Origin: Patescibacteria group bacterium
GTDB lineage: Bacteria > Patescibacteriota > Patescibacteriia > UBA2591 > UBA6264
Assembly: GCA_028713575.1 (NCBI GenBank)
Contig: JAQTOB010000004.1
Location: 38,393-70,392 of the forward strand
Reading direction: 5' to 3'
Length of the DNA stretch: 32,000 nucleotides
A program made the position numbers and the translations under genes. Positions 1 to 8,950 of this stretch are shown in pieces; position 1 is the first letter of the stretch, and each line of letters starts with the position of its first letter. The notes under the pieces are model-generated. The model worked only from the letters and a program-made list of their open reading frames with translations, did not search any database and was not told where the DNA came from.

Positions 1-2
1 AA

Positions 3-74
3 AAGGTAAGATATGGCAACATTGTAATTAGAAATATTAAGATTAAAACAAACAAGATTAATTTTTCCTTATAA
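3..74 (+). CDS. 3' end of an ORF entering from upstream of the window (function unknown)
   Basis: Frame 3 is open from the window edge to TAA at 72-74 (...GNIVIRNIKIKTNKINFSL*). Only 23 codons are visible, so no functional call is possible. Confidence 0.25.
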   Translation, partial: KVRYGNIVIRNIKIKTNKINFSL

Positions 75-196
75 ATTACAAATTTCTTCGTTCCTCACTC
101 AAGAGCTGCACTTAGGAGATTTGTTCCTAAGTATTTCTGATGGGGGATGCACCCCATCAGTTTGCCCCTAACGTCAATTTTAAGTTGTATATTCCA

Positions 197-228
197 ATGT
201 TAAGATGTTAGAATGTTAAAATGATTTT
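197..228. repeat. Tandem 8-mer ATGTTARA (3 copies plus a degenerate 4th) immediately upstream of the ORF at 232
   Basis: The sequence reads atgttaag|atgttaga|atgttaaa|atgatttt. It is related to the 8-mer array at 11061-11124. Confidence 0.6.
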
Positions 229-231
229 TGT

Positions 232-789
232 ATGGCGCAAATAAAAAAAACAGAAACAAAAAAAACAAAACTATACAGAAATGTCATTATTAGATTTTAT
301 TGGTTAGTTATTCTTGTTATTTTTCTTTTAAGTTTTTCATTTGAATATTTTGTTATTATTAAGCCGAAAATCCAGCAGACAAAAAATAACGGACCACTGG
401 ATTTAGCCAGTCGTCAAGTCGTTTTAAATGAACAAAAAGATTATCTTGGAAAATTAAAGGTCTTAAAAAATGAAGCAGAGAACATTAATCGCGTTGAATT
501 GGAAAAAATAAATTATGTCTTGGCGGAAAAAATAAATGTTTCTGATATTTTAAAACAAATATCCATCATTTCTCAGCAACCAAAATTTAATCTGGAGGGT
601 TTTAGCTATAAATACGGAGAAGGCGTTTTAATCTTTAATTTTAATTTTGTCGGTGGGACTTATCAGGATGTAAAAAAATTCTTGGAAGAAATTGAAAAAA
701 ATATCCGCGTTATGGATGTTACCAATATCGCGATTAAAAACGCCGGCGACGGATTTTCTTTGGTTATAAAAAGTTATTATTTGGAATAA
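232..789 (+). CDS. PilO-like type IV pilus assembly protein
   Basis: 185 aa. A basic N-terminus is followed by one TM helix (IIRFYWLVILVIFLLSFSF), a coiled-coil stretch and a C-terminal alpha/beta region (GGTYQDVKKFLEEIEKNIRVMDVTNIAIKN...FSLVIKSYY) that follows the PilO pattern. The next ORF starts 2 nt downstream, and pilB lies just beyond. Confidence 0.5.
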   Translation: MAQIKKTETKKTKLYRNVIIRFYWLVILVIFLLSFSFEYFVIIKPKIQQTKNNGPLDLASRQVVLNEQKDYLGKLKVLKNEAENINRVELEKINYVLAEKINVSDILKQISIISQQPKFNLEGFSYKYGEGVLIFNFNFVGGTYQDVKKFLEEIEKNIRVMDVTNIAIKNAGDGFSLVIKSYYLE

Positions 790-790
790 T

Positions 791-1093
791 ATGGCCAAAA
801 TAGGGAAACAATATCTATTTTTAACAACATTTTTCCTTTTGATTTTAGTTATTGGTTTTATTGTTTTTAAAAATAGCGATGTTTTTTTAACCCCGGAAAT
901 TGAGGTTTCCGGTTTTGAAAAACCGGCTTATTTAAGTCAGCCGATTCCTAAAATAGATAAAATAAAAACAATTGTTGATAATCCGAAATTTAAAGAATTG
1001 AAATACATTAAAAGTTTTTTTGAGCCGGTGGAGACAACTGTTTCCGGCCGGATTAATCCTTTTATTCCTTTTATAAATTTGGAAGAGAAATAA
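791..1093 (+). CDS. Small membrane-anchored protein, possibly a PilP-like pilus accessory protein
   Basis: 100 aa. It has an N-terminal TM helix (YLFLTTFFLLILVIGFIVF) and a C-terminal GRINPFIPF resembling the R-[DN]-P-F motif of PilP-type proteins. It lies between the PilO-like gene and pilB with tight spacing. Confidence 0.4.
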   Translation: MAKIGKQYLFLTTFFLLILVIGFIVFKNSDVFLTPEIEVSGFEKPAYLSQPIPKIDKIKTIVDNPKFKELKYIKSFFEPVETTVSGRINPFIPFINLEEK

Positions 1094-1105
1094 TTTTTAT
1101 AAATT

Positions 1106-2854
1106 ATGGCCGGACAGACAGATAACAATATTGTGCGTTTTTTAGCCCAACACGGGAAGATTTCTCAGGAGCAATTTCAGGAGCTTATTGCTGAAGCTCA
1201 AGAAGTTAATATCTCTGCGGATCGGCTTTTGGAAACAAAAAAAATTCTTTCAGAAGAAGATGTCGCTTGGGCCAAAAGTCAGCTTTATAATATTCCCATT
1301 GCTGATATTTATGGTATGGTGGTGGACAGAAAAGTTTTAGAAATAATCCCCAAAGATGTGGCCGAAAATTATAATGTTGTCGCCTTTGCCAAAGAAAAAG
1401 ATATTTTAAAAGTGGCGATTCTTGACCCGAGTAATTTTAAGGCGCGTGAAGCGGTGGAATTTGTCGCCCGAAGAAAAAATTTAAAAGTGGAATTATGTAC
1501 CGCCGCCACAACAGCCCTGAAAAATATTTTGGCTCAATATGGCGGTTTGTCCGCGGAGGTTGAAGAAGTGGTTGGCGCGGTTGAATCAAGATTTGCATCA
1601 GTGGGCCAAGAGAAGAAAATAACCGGCGAAATGGACATAGAAAAAGCGGGACAAGAAGCACCCATTGCCAAATTGGTCAGTTCTATTTTAAAATATGCCG
1701 TGGACAACCAAGCCTCAGACATTCATATTGAGCCGCTTTTAGATAAAACCAGGGTGCGTTACCGCTTAGACGGCATTTTAAAAGAGACCGCTCTTTTGCC
1801 CGGGCACCTTCATTCTTCTATTATTTCCAGAATAAAAGTGATGGCCAATCTTAAACTTGATGAAACTAGAGTACCCCAAGACGGCCGTATCCGAATTATG
1901 GCTGCCAACAGAAAAATAGACCTTCGTATTTCTGTTCTTCCTCTTTTTGACAAAGAAAAAGTGGTGATGAGAGTTTTAGACCCGATGCGCAGAGTTTTTG
2001 ATTTAAAGGATTTGGGGCTTTGGGGGAATGCGCTGGAAGTGGTTAATAAAAATTTAACGCGGCCGCACGGATTAATTTTGATTACTGGACCGACTGGTTC
2101 TGGTAAAACCACTACGATTTTCGCCGCCATGAAAATTCTTAATCAGCCGGCGGTTAATGTGGTGACCCTGGAAGACCCGATAGAATATTTTTTGTCCGGG
2201 GCCAACCAGTCGCAAGTTAAGCCAAACATTGGTTATACTTTTGCTTCGGGCTTGCGTTCAATTGTTCGGCAAGACCCGGACATTATTATGGTGGGCGAAA
2301 TTCGCGACACGGAAACAGCTGAATTATCTACGCACGCAGCCTTGACCGGTCATGTTGTTTTGTCTACTCTGCACACCAATGATTCTTTTGGCGCGATTCC
2401 TCGTTTAATTGATATGGGCATTGAACCGTTTTTAATTGCCTCTTCAATGAATTTGGTTATTGCTCAGCGTTTGGTTAGAAAAATTTGTCCTCATTGCGCC
2501 GAACAAGTTGAACCCTCGCCACAGATTGAAGAATCAATTGAACAAAGCCTAAAAGACACTAAGGACATTGATTTGGATTATTATCGGGATAAAAAAACTA
2601 ATCATTTGAAATTTTATCGCGGGCGCGGCTGTTCTCGTTGCAACAATGAAGGTTATCGCGGTCGTTTAGCCATTTTTGAAGCCTTGGAAATAACTGACGA
2701 AATGAAAAAAATTATTACTAGCGGCTGTAGAATAGAAGAAGTTAAAAATGAATTTTGCCGGCAAAAAATGATTACCATGCTTCAAGACGGATATATCAAA
2801 GTTTTGCGCGGAGAAACGACCATTGAAGAAGTTTTAAGGGCCGCCAGAGAGTAA
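1106..2854 (+). CDS. pilB: Type IV pilus assembly ATPase PilB (GspE-family secretion ATPase)
   Basis: 582 aa. It has an N-terminal T2SSE_N-like domain, Walker A GPTGSGKTT, Asp box LEDPIEY, Walker B DIIMVGEIRD, His box TGHVVLSTLHT and a tetracysteine CPHC...CSRC. All catalytic motifs are intact. Confidence 0.95.
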   Translation: MAGQTDNNIVRFLAQHGKISQEQFQELIAEAQEVNISADRLLETKKILSEEDVAWAKSQLYNIPIADIYGMVVDRKVLEIIPKDVAENYNVVAFAKEKDILKVAILDPSNFKAREAVEFVARRKNLKVELCTAATTALKNILAQYGGLSAEVEEVVGAVESRFASVGQEKKITGEMDIEKAGQEAPIAKLVSSILKYAVDNQASDIHIEPLLDKTRVRYRLDGILKETALLPGHLHSSIISRIKVMANLKLDETRVPQDGRIRIMAANRKIDLRISVLPLFDKEKVVMRVLDPMRRVFDLKDLGLWGNALEVVNKNLTRPHGLILITGPTGSGKTTTIFAAMKILNQPAVNVVTLEDPIEYFLSGANQSQVKPNIGYTFASGLRSIVRQDPDIIMVGEIRDTETAELSTHAALTGHVVLSTLHTNDSFGAIPRLIDMGIEPFLIASSMNLVIAQRLVRKICPHCAEQVEPSPQIEESIEQSLKDTKDIDLDYYRDKKTNHLKFYRGRGCSRCNNEGYRGRLAIFEALEITDEMKKIITSGCRIEEVKNEFCRQKMITMLQDGYIKVLRGETTIEEVLRAARE

Positions 2855-3010
2855 AGATTTTTCCCAAAAAGAGTTAGAATTATTACTGAAAGAATTGATA
2901 GAAATGACCAAAGTGATTGCTTTAAATATTTTAACCTTAAAAGGTAAAAATAATTTTATATTTTAAATTGTCATTTTAATTTTTGAGATTTGCATTTTAC
3001 GCTTAATTTT

Positions 3011-4084
3011 ATGTCTACTCAAAATGAAATTATTTTAAATCGTATTTGTCAAAATAGCGCCGAAAAAAGGGCCTCAGAAGTTTATTTATTGCCAGCTCAG
3101 CCACCCTTTGTCAGAATTGACGGAAAAATGGGAATTTTGGCCGGCGAAAGCATTATCACCGCTTCTTTTATCAACGATTTTTTTAAAAATATTCTTGATG
3201 AAAGAGAGCAGTCCGTTTTAGAAAAAGAAAAGCAGATTGAAGTGATAAAAAATATCGGGAAAATGGGGGAGTGCCAAATAGATATTTATTATCAAAAAAA
3301 TTCTTTGGCTTGCCGTATAAAATTATTGGCCCAAGAAGTTATTGACTTGGAAAAACTTGGCTTGCCTAAAATGGTTACTCGTTTTGCGGACTTTTTTAAA
3401 GGCATTATTTTTATTGCCGGACCGCGCGATTCAGGTCGTTCCACTTTGGCAAATTCTATTTTAAATCATATTAATAAAAATCAAGCTAAATTTATCGCCA
3501 CCGTAGAAAAACCCATAAAATCAATTTTAATTGGAAGAAGAAGCGTAGTTGAACAAAGAGAAGTGGGGAAAGATGTTCTTTCTTTTTTGTCCGGTCTCCG
3601 TTATATTCGGCAAAGAAATGCTGATGTCGTTTTTGTTTCGCAAATAGATGACGCAGCGACAATGGATGAAATTTTTGCTATTGTTGAGGCCGGAAGCTTG
3701 GTTTTTGCCATTATGGATACGGAATCAGCCATTAAAACAATTAAAAGAATTTTGCATTTTTATCCTACTGACAAAGAAGAAACCGCCCGTTATTTTTTAA
3801 GTGAAAATTTAGCCGGCATTGTTGTTTCCCGTCTGGTTCCTAAAATTGGTGGTGGCCGAATTAGGGCTTTGGAGGTTTTGGCCGGTACGCCGGCGGTTCG
3901 TTCAATTATCGCCAGTGGACGCTTTCATCAATTAGCCGGTGTTATCCAGGCGACAGAAGACCAAACCTCTGTTTCTTTAGACCAATCCTTGGTTGACTTA
4001 GTCACTTCAGGGAAAGTGGTTTCTGAAGAAGCCATAAAACATTGCAACAACGAAGAAATTTTTAGGAATTTGTTGAGAAAATAA
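3011..4084 (+). CDS. PilT-like retraction-ATPase homologue with degenerate catalytic motifs (probable pseudo-ATPase)
   Basis: The ATG at 3011 (MSTQNEII...) is preferred over the TTG at 2990 in the ORF track. The protein is colinear with the PilT/GspE core, but Walker A is GPRDSGRST (Lys to Arg), the Asp box is VEKPIK, Walker B is DVVFVSQIDD (Glu to Gln) and the His box is AGSLVFAIMDT (both His lost). Confidence 0.8.
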   Translation: MSTQNEIILNRICQNSAEKRASEVYLLPAQPPFVRIDGKMGILAGESIITASFINDFFKNILDEREQSVLEKEKQIEVIKNIGKMGECQIDIYYQKNSLACRIKLLAQEVIDLEKLGLPKMVTRFADFFKGIIFIAGPRDSGRSTLANSILNHINKNQAKFIATVEKPIKSILIGRRSVVEQREVGKDVLSFLSGLRYIRQRNADVVFVSQIDDAATMDEIFAIVEAGSLVFAIMDTESAIKTIKRILHFYPTDKEETARYFLSENLAGIVVSRLVPKIGGGRIRALEVLAGTPAVRSIIASGRFHQLAGVIQATEDQTSVSLDQSLVDLVTSGKVVSEEAIKHCNNEEIFRNLLRK

Positions 4085-4092
4085 AGAGATAA

Positions 4093-4800
4093 TTAGATAA
4101 TTGGGGTCGGAGATAATTGGGGTCTGACCCCATGAGCATCCCTTCTGAGATAATTGGGGTCTGACCCCATGAGTATCCCTTCTAAAACATACATGATAAT
4201 TGGGGTCTGATAATTGGGGTCTGACCCCATGAGCATCCCTTCTAAAACATACATCAATAAAGGATTATAGAACGAAAATTTCAATTTGGCGCGATTTTGA
4301 TTGATTTCCAATAATTTTTTATCAAAACAACGATTTTTGACACTAATTTTGGGGTCTACACTAATTTTGGGGTCTGACCCCATGAGCATCCCCTCTAAAA
4401 CATACATCAATAAAGGATTATAGAACGAAAATTTCAATTTGGTGTGATTTTGATTGATTTCCAATCACTAATTTTGGGGTCTGACCCCATGAGCATCCCT
4501 TCTAAAACATACATCAATAAAGGATTATAGAACGAAAATTTCAATTTGGTGTGATTTTGATTGATTTCCAATAATTTTTTATTAAAACAACGATTTTAAT
4601 TGAAAATTGATAATTATTTAATTTACATTTAATCACTAATTTTGGGGTCTGACCCCATGAGTATCCCTTCTAAAACATACATCAATAAAGGATTATAGAA
4701 CGAAAATTTCAATTTGGTGCGATTTTGATTGATTTCCAATAATTTTTTAACAAAACAACGATTTTAATTGAAAATTGATAATTATTTAATTTACATTTTG
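4093..4800. repeat. Tandem or nested intergenic repeat array built around the palindrome GGGGTC-T-GACCCC
   Basis: Full palindrome copies lie at 4119-4131, 4156-4168, 4216-4228, 4369-4381, 4476-4488 and 4644-4656, with truncated copies at 4101-4110, 4202-4210 and 4351-4357. Long units of about 105-165 bp (cactaattttggggtctgaccccatgagcatcccttctaaaacatacatcaataaaggattatagaacgaaaatttcaatttggtgtgattttgattgatttccaat...) start near 4211, 4358, 4466 and 4634. The last unit runs directly into the pilC start. Confidence 0.9.
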
Positions 4801-4838
4801 CATTTTGATTTTTCAGTTTTGAATTTAGCGAAGCGCTT

Positions 4839-6050
4839 ATGTTATTTGAATATCAAGCGAAAAATTTAAAAGGAGAAACCATCACCGGAACAATTGAATC
4901 CATTAATCAGAACGCCGCCCTTGAGATGTTGGCGCGCCGGCAAATGATTATTATCTCCCTGAAAGAAACAAGCGCTTTGCCCATTTGGCGCCGGCCGATT
5001 AATCTGTCTTTTTTAGAAAGAGTAACCGGCAAAGATATGGTTTTTCTTTCCCGCCAATTATCCGTAATGGTTATGGCGGGCTTGCCTTTGGTTGAATCTT
5101 TGGAAATTTTGGCGCGCCAAACAAGCAAACCGGCCTTAAAAAAGATTGTGGAAAGCGTTGCGGAAAATGTTCGTGGCGGTTCAAGATTTTCCAGCGCTTT
5201 AGCAAAGTATCCCAAAGTCTTCAACAATTTTTATATTAATATGGTGCGCGCCGGAGAAACCGCGGGCAAACTTGACGAAGTCTTAGATTATTTGGCCAAT
5301 GAACAGGAAAAAAATTATGATTTAATGAGTAAAATTAGGGGGGCTATGATTTATCCGATTTTTGTTATTTCTGCGGTTATTGGCGTGATGATTTTGATGA
5401 TGGTTTTTGTTGTCCCTCAATTAACTGACATTTTAAAGGAATCGGGCGTATCATTGCCCTTGCCAACCAAAATTCTTATTGCCACTAGCGATTTTTTAGA
5501 AAATTATACTTTATTAATCGTTTTGTTCCTTGTGGTTTTTGTTGTCGCTTTCAGGTTTTTTTTAAAAAGTAAAGCGGGTCAGATGATTTGGGACAAAACG
5601 CTTTTAAAAATGCCGATTTTTGGTGTTCTTTTTAAACAAGTTTATTTAGTTCGTTTTACTCGCAGTCTTTCTACTTTGATTATTGGCGGTATTCCTTTAA
5701 CCGCGGGATTAAAAATTGTTTCCGAAGTGGTAAGTAATTATGTTTTTAAAGAAATAATCCTTGACGCGATTATTGACGTGGAAGAGGGACGTTCGGTCAG
5801 CAATGCTTTTCTTAATTCTTCAGCCGTGCCTAAAATGCTTCCCCATTTAATGGCGATTGGAGAAGAAACCGGCAAGCTTGACGAAGTTTTGGGGAAAATT
5901 GCTGATTTTTATTCTCGGGAAGTGGAAAACATTTTAAGCAAATTAGTCACTTTGCTTGAACCGATTATTCTTATTTTTTTAGGAGTAGTTGTTGGCGGCA
6001 TGGTTGCTTCTATTATTTTGCCAATGTATAAACTTGCCACCGCCTTTTAA
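4839..6050 (+). CDS. pilC: Type IV pilus platform protein PilC (GspF family)
   Basis: 403 aa. It shows the internally duplicated T2SSF architecture (GETAGKLDEVLDYL and GEETGKLDEVLGKI in the two halves) and three hydrophobic TM segments. Confidence 0.92.
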   Translation: MLFEYQAKNLKGETITGTIESINQNAALEMLARRQMIIISLKETSALPIWRRPINLSFLERVTGKDMVFLSRQLSVMVMAGLPLVESLEILARQTSKPALKKIVESVAENVRGGSRFSSALAKYPKVFNNFYINMVRAGETAGKLDEVLDYLANEQEKNYDLMSKIRGAMIYPIFVISAVIGVMILMMVFVVPQLTDILKESGVSLPLPTKILIATSDFLENYTLLIVLFLVVFVVAFRFFLKSKAGQMIWDKTLLKMPIFGVLFKQVYLVRFTRSLSTLIIGGIPLTAGLKIVSEVVSNYVFKEIILDAIIDVEEGRSVSNAFLNSSAVPKMLPHLMAIGEETGKLDEVLGKIADFYSREVENILSKLVTLLEPIILIFLGVVVGGMVASIILPMYKLATAF

Positions 6051-6129
6051 TGCATTTTCCCTTAATGAAGTTTTTTTTGATGAGTTTTGATGAGGTGCGT
6101 TCCCATCAAGGGCGGGGAAAGTAAAATTT

Positions 6130-6204
6130 GGGCGCTTGGCTCAGTGGTAGAGCGTTTGCTTCACATGCAAAAGGCCACAGGTTCAAATCCTGTAGCGCCC
6201 ACCA
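6130..6204 (+). tRNA. tRNA-Val (anticodon CAC), CCA encoded
   Basis: Hand-folded cloverleaf: acceptor GGGCGCT/AGCGCCC, D arm GCTC-AGTGGTA-GAGC, anticodon arm TTTGC-TTCACAT-GCAAA, T arm ACAGG-TTCAAAT-CCTGT, discriminator A, then CCA. Confidence 0.9.
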
Positions 6205-6261
6205 GTATTAAAATATTTTAAAAATAGGTCGACACTTTAATAATTTTTTAACTTAAACATT

Positions 6262-6984
6262 ATGAAAAACAAAATTTTAGTCGTCGGAGTTTTTGTCTTT
6301 ATTTTTATTCTCGCCACCAATATGTATGCCATTGCTCAAAATGGCGATACCGGAATGGGTAATCAAATGCAACAGCGAATTCAGATTGACAATCAGAGCG
6401 AGAATGACCAAATCCAGACGCAAAACAGAGAACAAGTTCAATTAGAAATGAATGTTGAAATGGGCAATCAGGTGCAACAGCAAAATCAAGTGCAAAATCA
6501 AGGCGAAACAAGTCAACTTCAAAACAGCGAACAACAACAAACACAAACTCAAAAGAATTTATCTTTAAACGAACAGAGAAGAAGTCAAGTTGCCAATGCT
6601 GTGCAGGAAATGTTGCAGGTAGCGGAAAAAGATAGTGAAATGGGTCAGCAAATAAGAATAATTGCTCAAAATCAAAATCAAAATCAGGAAAAAATTGAAG
6701 ACAGTTTGCAAAAAGTCCAAAGCCGAAGCGGCTTTGTTAAATTATTTATCGGACAAAATTACGCAGAAATCAACAATATTAAAAAAATGTTGATGCAGAA
6801 TAAAGAACAGATTGAACAGTTAAACCAGATTAAAAATCAACTTGTTAATCAAGATGACCAGCAACAGTTAAATGAACAAGTTCAAGTTTTAGAGCAGACT
6901 AATTTGCAAGTTGGGAGTTCTTTGGAGGCGGCTCAAAAAGGATTCAGTTTATTCGGCTGGATGTTTAGAATGTTTGCCAAATAA
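6262..6984 (+). CDS. Secreted Q/N-rich low-complexity or coiled-coil protein (function unknown)
   Basis: 240 aa. It has an N-terminal signal-like segment (MKNKILVVGVFVFIFILATNMYAIAQ) followed by highly Gln/Asn/Glu-rich sequence (NQVQQQNQVQNQGETSQLQNSEQQQTQTQ...). Confidence 0.7.
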   Translation: MKNKILVVGVFVFIFILATNMYAIAQNGDTGMGNQMQQRIQIDNQSENDQIQTQNREQVQLEMNVEMGNQVQQQNQVQNQGETSQLQNSEQQQTQTQKNLSLNEQRRSQVANAVQEMLQVAEKDSEMGQQIRIIAQNQNQNQEKIEDSLQKVQSRSGFVKLFIGQNYAEINNIKKMLMQNKEQIEQLNQIKNQLVNQDDQQQLNEQVQVLEQTNLQVGSSLEAAQKGFSLFGWMFRMFAK

Positions 6985-7108
6985 TTTTTCGGCAGCGCAT
7001 AACTCCGTATAAAAGTGGCTTAAATTTGGCTAAATAATCATATTAATTTTTAAAGACTCGGTCTTCAAGGGGTCCTTTCGCTTGAATTGTAATTTTAATA
7101 AAATTTTT

Positions 7109-7942
7109 ATGCCTGAATTGCCCGAAGTGGAGACAATAAAAAGTCAGCTTAATCGTCGGCTTAAAGGGGGGAAAATAAAAAAAATAGAAATATTTTTGCC
7201 CAAAATTATCCGGTTGGAGGCAAAATTTTTTATTAACAAGACCGTGGGGGCGAAAATAAAAAAAGTTTGGCGTCGGGCCAAGATGATTATTATTGACTTA
7301 GATAATGGTTATTCTTTGCTGATTCATTTAAAATTGACCGGACGGTTGATTTTATGTCACCGGCTTCGGGAAGATTACCAAAAGCATACGCATTTAGTTT
7401 TCCATTTTTTTGACAAAAGTGTCCTGATTTTTCAGGATATCCGGCAATTCGGATATTTTGACCTTTATCGTACTGAAAACCTGAAGGGATTTTTTCAGGA
7501 AAAGAAACTGGGGCCTGAGCCCTTGAAAAAAAGTTTTACTTTAAAAAAATTTACTGAGTTATTAAGCAAAAAACCGGATAAAAAAATTAAACCCTTGTTA
7601 ATGGAACAAAATTTTATTGCCGGCATTGGCAATATCTATGCTCAGGAAATTTGTTGGTCGGCCAAAATTTCTCCTCTTCGTCTCGCCAAAACTTTGAATA
7701 AAAAAGAAATTCAAGAAATTTACCGCCACTTGCTCATGATTTTAAAAAAAGCCGTTAAACAGGGCGGAACCACAGCCGCGGATGAAGGGTATATTGATGC
7801 GCGAGGGAATAAAGGAAAATACGGCTCGCAACTAAAAGTTTATCAAAGAGAAGGGGAAAAATGTTTTCGTTGCAAAGGGATAATAGAAAGAATTGTTTTG
7901 ACCGGCAGGGGAACCGCTTATTGTCCTCGTTGTCAAAAGTAA
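7109..7942 (+). CDS. mutM: Formamidopyrimidine-DNA glycosylase (Fpg/MutM)
   Basis: The start is set at the ATG giving the canonical N-terminus MPELPEVE (catalytic Pro2/Glu3). It has an H2TH region (MEQNFIAGIGNIYAQEICW) and a C-terminal zinc finger CFRC...CPRC. Confidence 0.9.
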   Translation: MPELPEVETIKSQLNRRLKGGKIKKIEIFLPKIIRLEAKFFINKTVGAKIKKVWRRAKMIIIDLDNGYSLLIHLKLTGRLILCHRLREDYQKHTHLVFHFFDKSVLIFQDIRQFGYFDLYRTENLKGFFQEKKLGPEPLKKSFTLKKFTELLSKKPDKKIKPLLMEQNFIAGIGNIYAQEICWSAKISPLRLAKTLNKKEIQEIYRHLLMILKKAVKQGGTTAADEGYIDARGNKGKYGSQLKVYQREGEKCFRCKGIIERIVLTGRGTAYCPRCQK

Positions 7943-8035
7943 TCAAGAGTGATTGGTCGCGTTAAAAAACTCGCATGGAAATTTTTTAAAACAAATTTAA
8001 TCACCCCGGAGGAAATATATGATTTTCTAACGAGG

Positions 8036-8066
8036 TTGACAGAATTCAAACTTTTGATATTATAAA
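8036..8066 (+). promoter_or_regulatory. Candidate sigma70-type promoter for the gene at 8136
   Basis: TTGACA lies at 8036-8041, followed 16-19 nt later by an overlapping A/T-rich -10 region (gatattataaa). The downstream gene has a strong SD (aaaaggagg). Confidence 0.3.
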
Positions 8067-8135
8067 TCAATAAAGGGGAGTTTTTCTCCTGTTTTTTAAA
8101 TCTTTAAAATTAAATAAAAATAAAAGGAGGAAAAA

Positions 8136-8603
8136 TTGATTTGGTCAGAAATTATTGCCGGAATTTTACTTGTTGTCCGGTCAGAATTTGCTATTATGCA
8201 GTTTCACCATATTGGTTTAACAGCAATAATAGCTTTTCTGATTGTGACAATTTGGACCAATTTTAAAGTGGTCTTGATTTTTACGTCCACCGGCCTGGTT
8301 GACTGGTTGGTGGCGAAATTTGGAAAAAGGCACCGCCATCTGGGAGAGATGGCAGTTAATTGGCCTTGGTTAAAAAAAATAAATCAAGGGGTCAGGAGTG
8401 GCCGAAAAAAATTACTGGCTTGGCTAATCACTCATAATAAGCTGGCAATTTTCCTAATCTTGTTTGTTCCTTTTACGCCATTTATGGAAGATGTTGCCAT
8501 TGTGGCGGCGCGTATCGCCAAGATTAAGGGAGCATTGCCGCTGTTGCTTATCGCTAACACGGCGCGCATGGCCTTGATGACCTTTGTCGTGTATTTGTTT
8601 TGA
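8136..8603 (+). CDS. Small integral membrane protein (function unknown)
   Basis: 155 aa with a TTG start 5 nt after AAGGAGG. It contains 3-4 hydrophobic helices and no recognisable catalytic motif. Confidence 0.6.
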   Translation: MIWSEIIAGILLVVRSEFAIMQFHHIGLTAIIAFLIVTIWTNFKVVLIFTSTGLVDWLVAKFGKRHRHLGEMAVNWPWLKKINQGVRSGRKKLLAWLITHNKLAIFLILFVPFTPFMEDVAIVAARIAKIKGALPLLLIANTARMALMTFVVYLF

Positions 8604-8612
8604 AAATTATAT

Positions 8613-8727
8613 AAGAGGACGTTGAGAAACGTTCTCTTGTTCGTTTAAAAACAAAAATCGGAATACCGAAATTTGAACTCGGGCTTCCGCCAAGGGCGGA
8701 CCCGCCTTTGGCGGGAAATATTTTTTT
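8613..8727. terminator. Convergent terminator region between the gene at 8136-8603 (+) and tRNA-Pro (-)
   Basis: An 11-bp hairpin lies at 8613-8638 (aagaggacgtt-gaga-aacgttctctt, one G-U pair), just after the stop codon. GC hairpins tccgcc-aag-ggcgga (8686-8700) and ccgcc-ttt-ggcgg (8702-8714) are followed by T7 at 8721-8727. On the minus strand, tcgg-tatt-ccga is followed by a T-run. Confidence 0.45.
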
Positions 8728-8756
8728 AGCGAGTCATAACGATATCAATTTTAAAA

Positions 8757-8830
8757 TCGGGATGGTGGGATTCGCACCCACGGTCTCCACGTCCCGAACG
8801 TGGCGCATTAGACTACTATGCTACACCCCG
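8757..8830 (-). tRNA. tRNA-Pro (anticodon CGG), no encoded CCA
   Basis: Hand-folded on the reverse complement: acceptor CGGGGTG/CATCCCG, D arm GCAT-AGTAGTCTA-ATGC, anticodon arm CCACG-TTCGGGA-CGTGG, variable AGACC, T arm GTGGG-TGCGAAT-CCCAC, discriminator A. The T-loop reads UGCGAAU rather than the usual UUCGAAU. Confidence 0.85.
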
Positions 8831-8950
8831 ATTGGTGTAAATAATATAGATTATTTATGAAGATTTGACAAGGTCGCGCTTGAAATGTTTTCAAAATACT
8901 TTACTATAAATCAGGATGCGAGATGTTTAAATTAACCAAAAATCATATCC

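Noticed and set aside
108-161. Two adjacent hairpins (acttagga-gatttgt-tcctaagt and ctgatgggg-gatgca-ccccatcag) upstream of the PilO-like gene, considered as another REP family or a terminator
   Set aside because: Each has a single copy in the window and no T-run follows. A loosely similar acttaaga...ttctaagt hairpin with a T7 run at 13948-13979 may be a weak terminator. The evidence is too thin to define a family or function.
4093-4464. A 123-aa minus-strand ORF in the six-frame track (MEINQNHTKLKFSFYNPLLMYVLEGMLMGSDP... repeated)
   Set aside because: The peptide is periodic only because it reads through the tandem DNA repeats. There is no start context or recognisable fold, so I treat it as a translation artefact of the repeat array.
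4093-4800. Possible CRISPR array between the pilT-like gene and pilC
   Set aside because: The sequences between palindrome copies are themselves repeated rather than unique spacers. Unit lengths are irregular (about 35 to 165 bp), and no cas genes are in the window.
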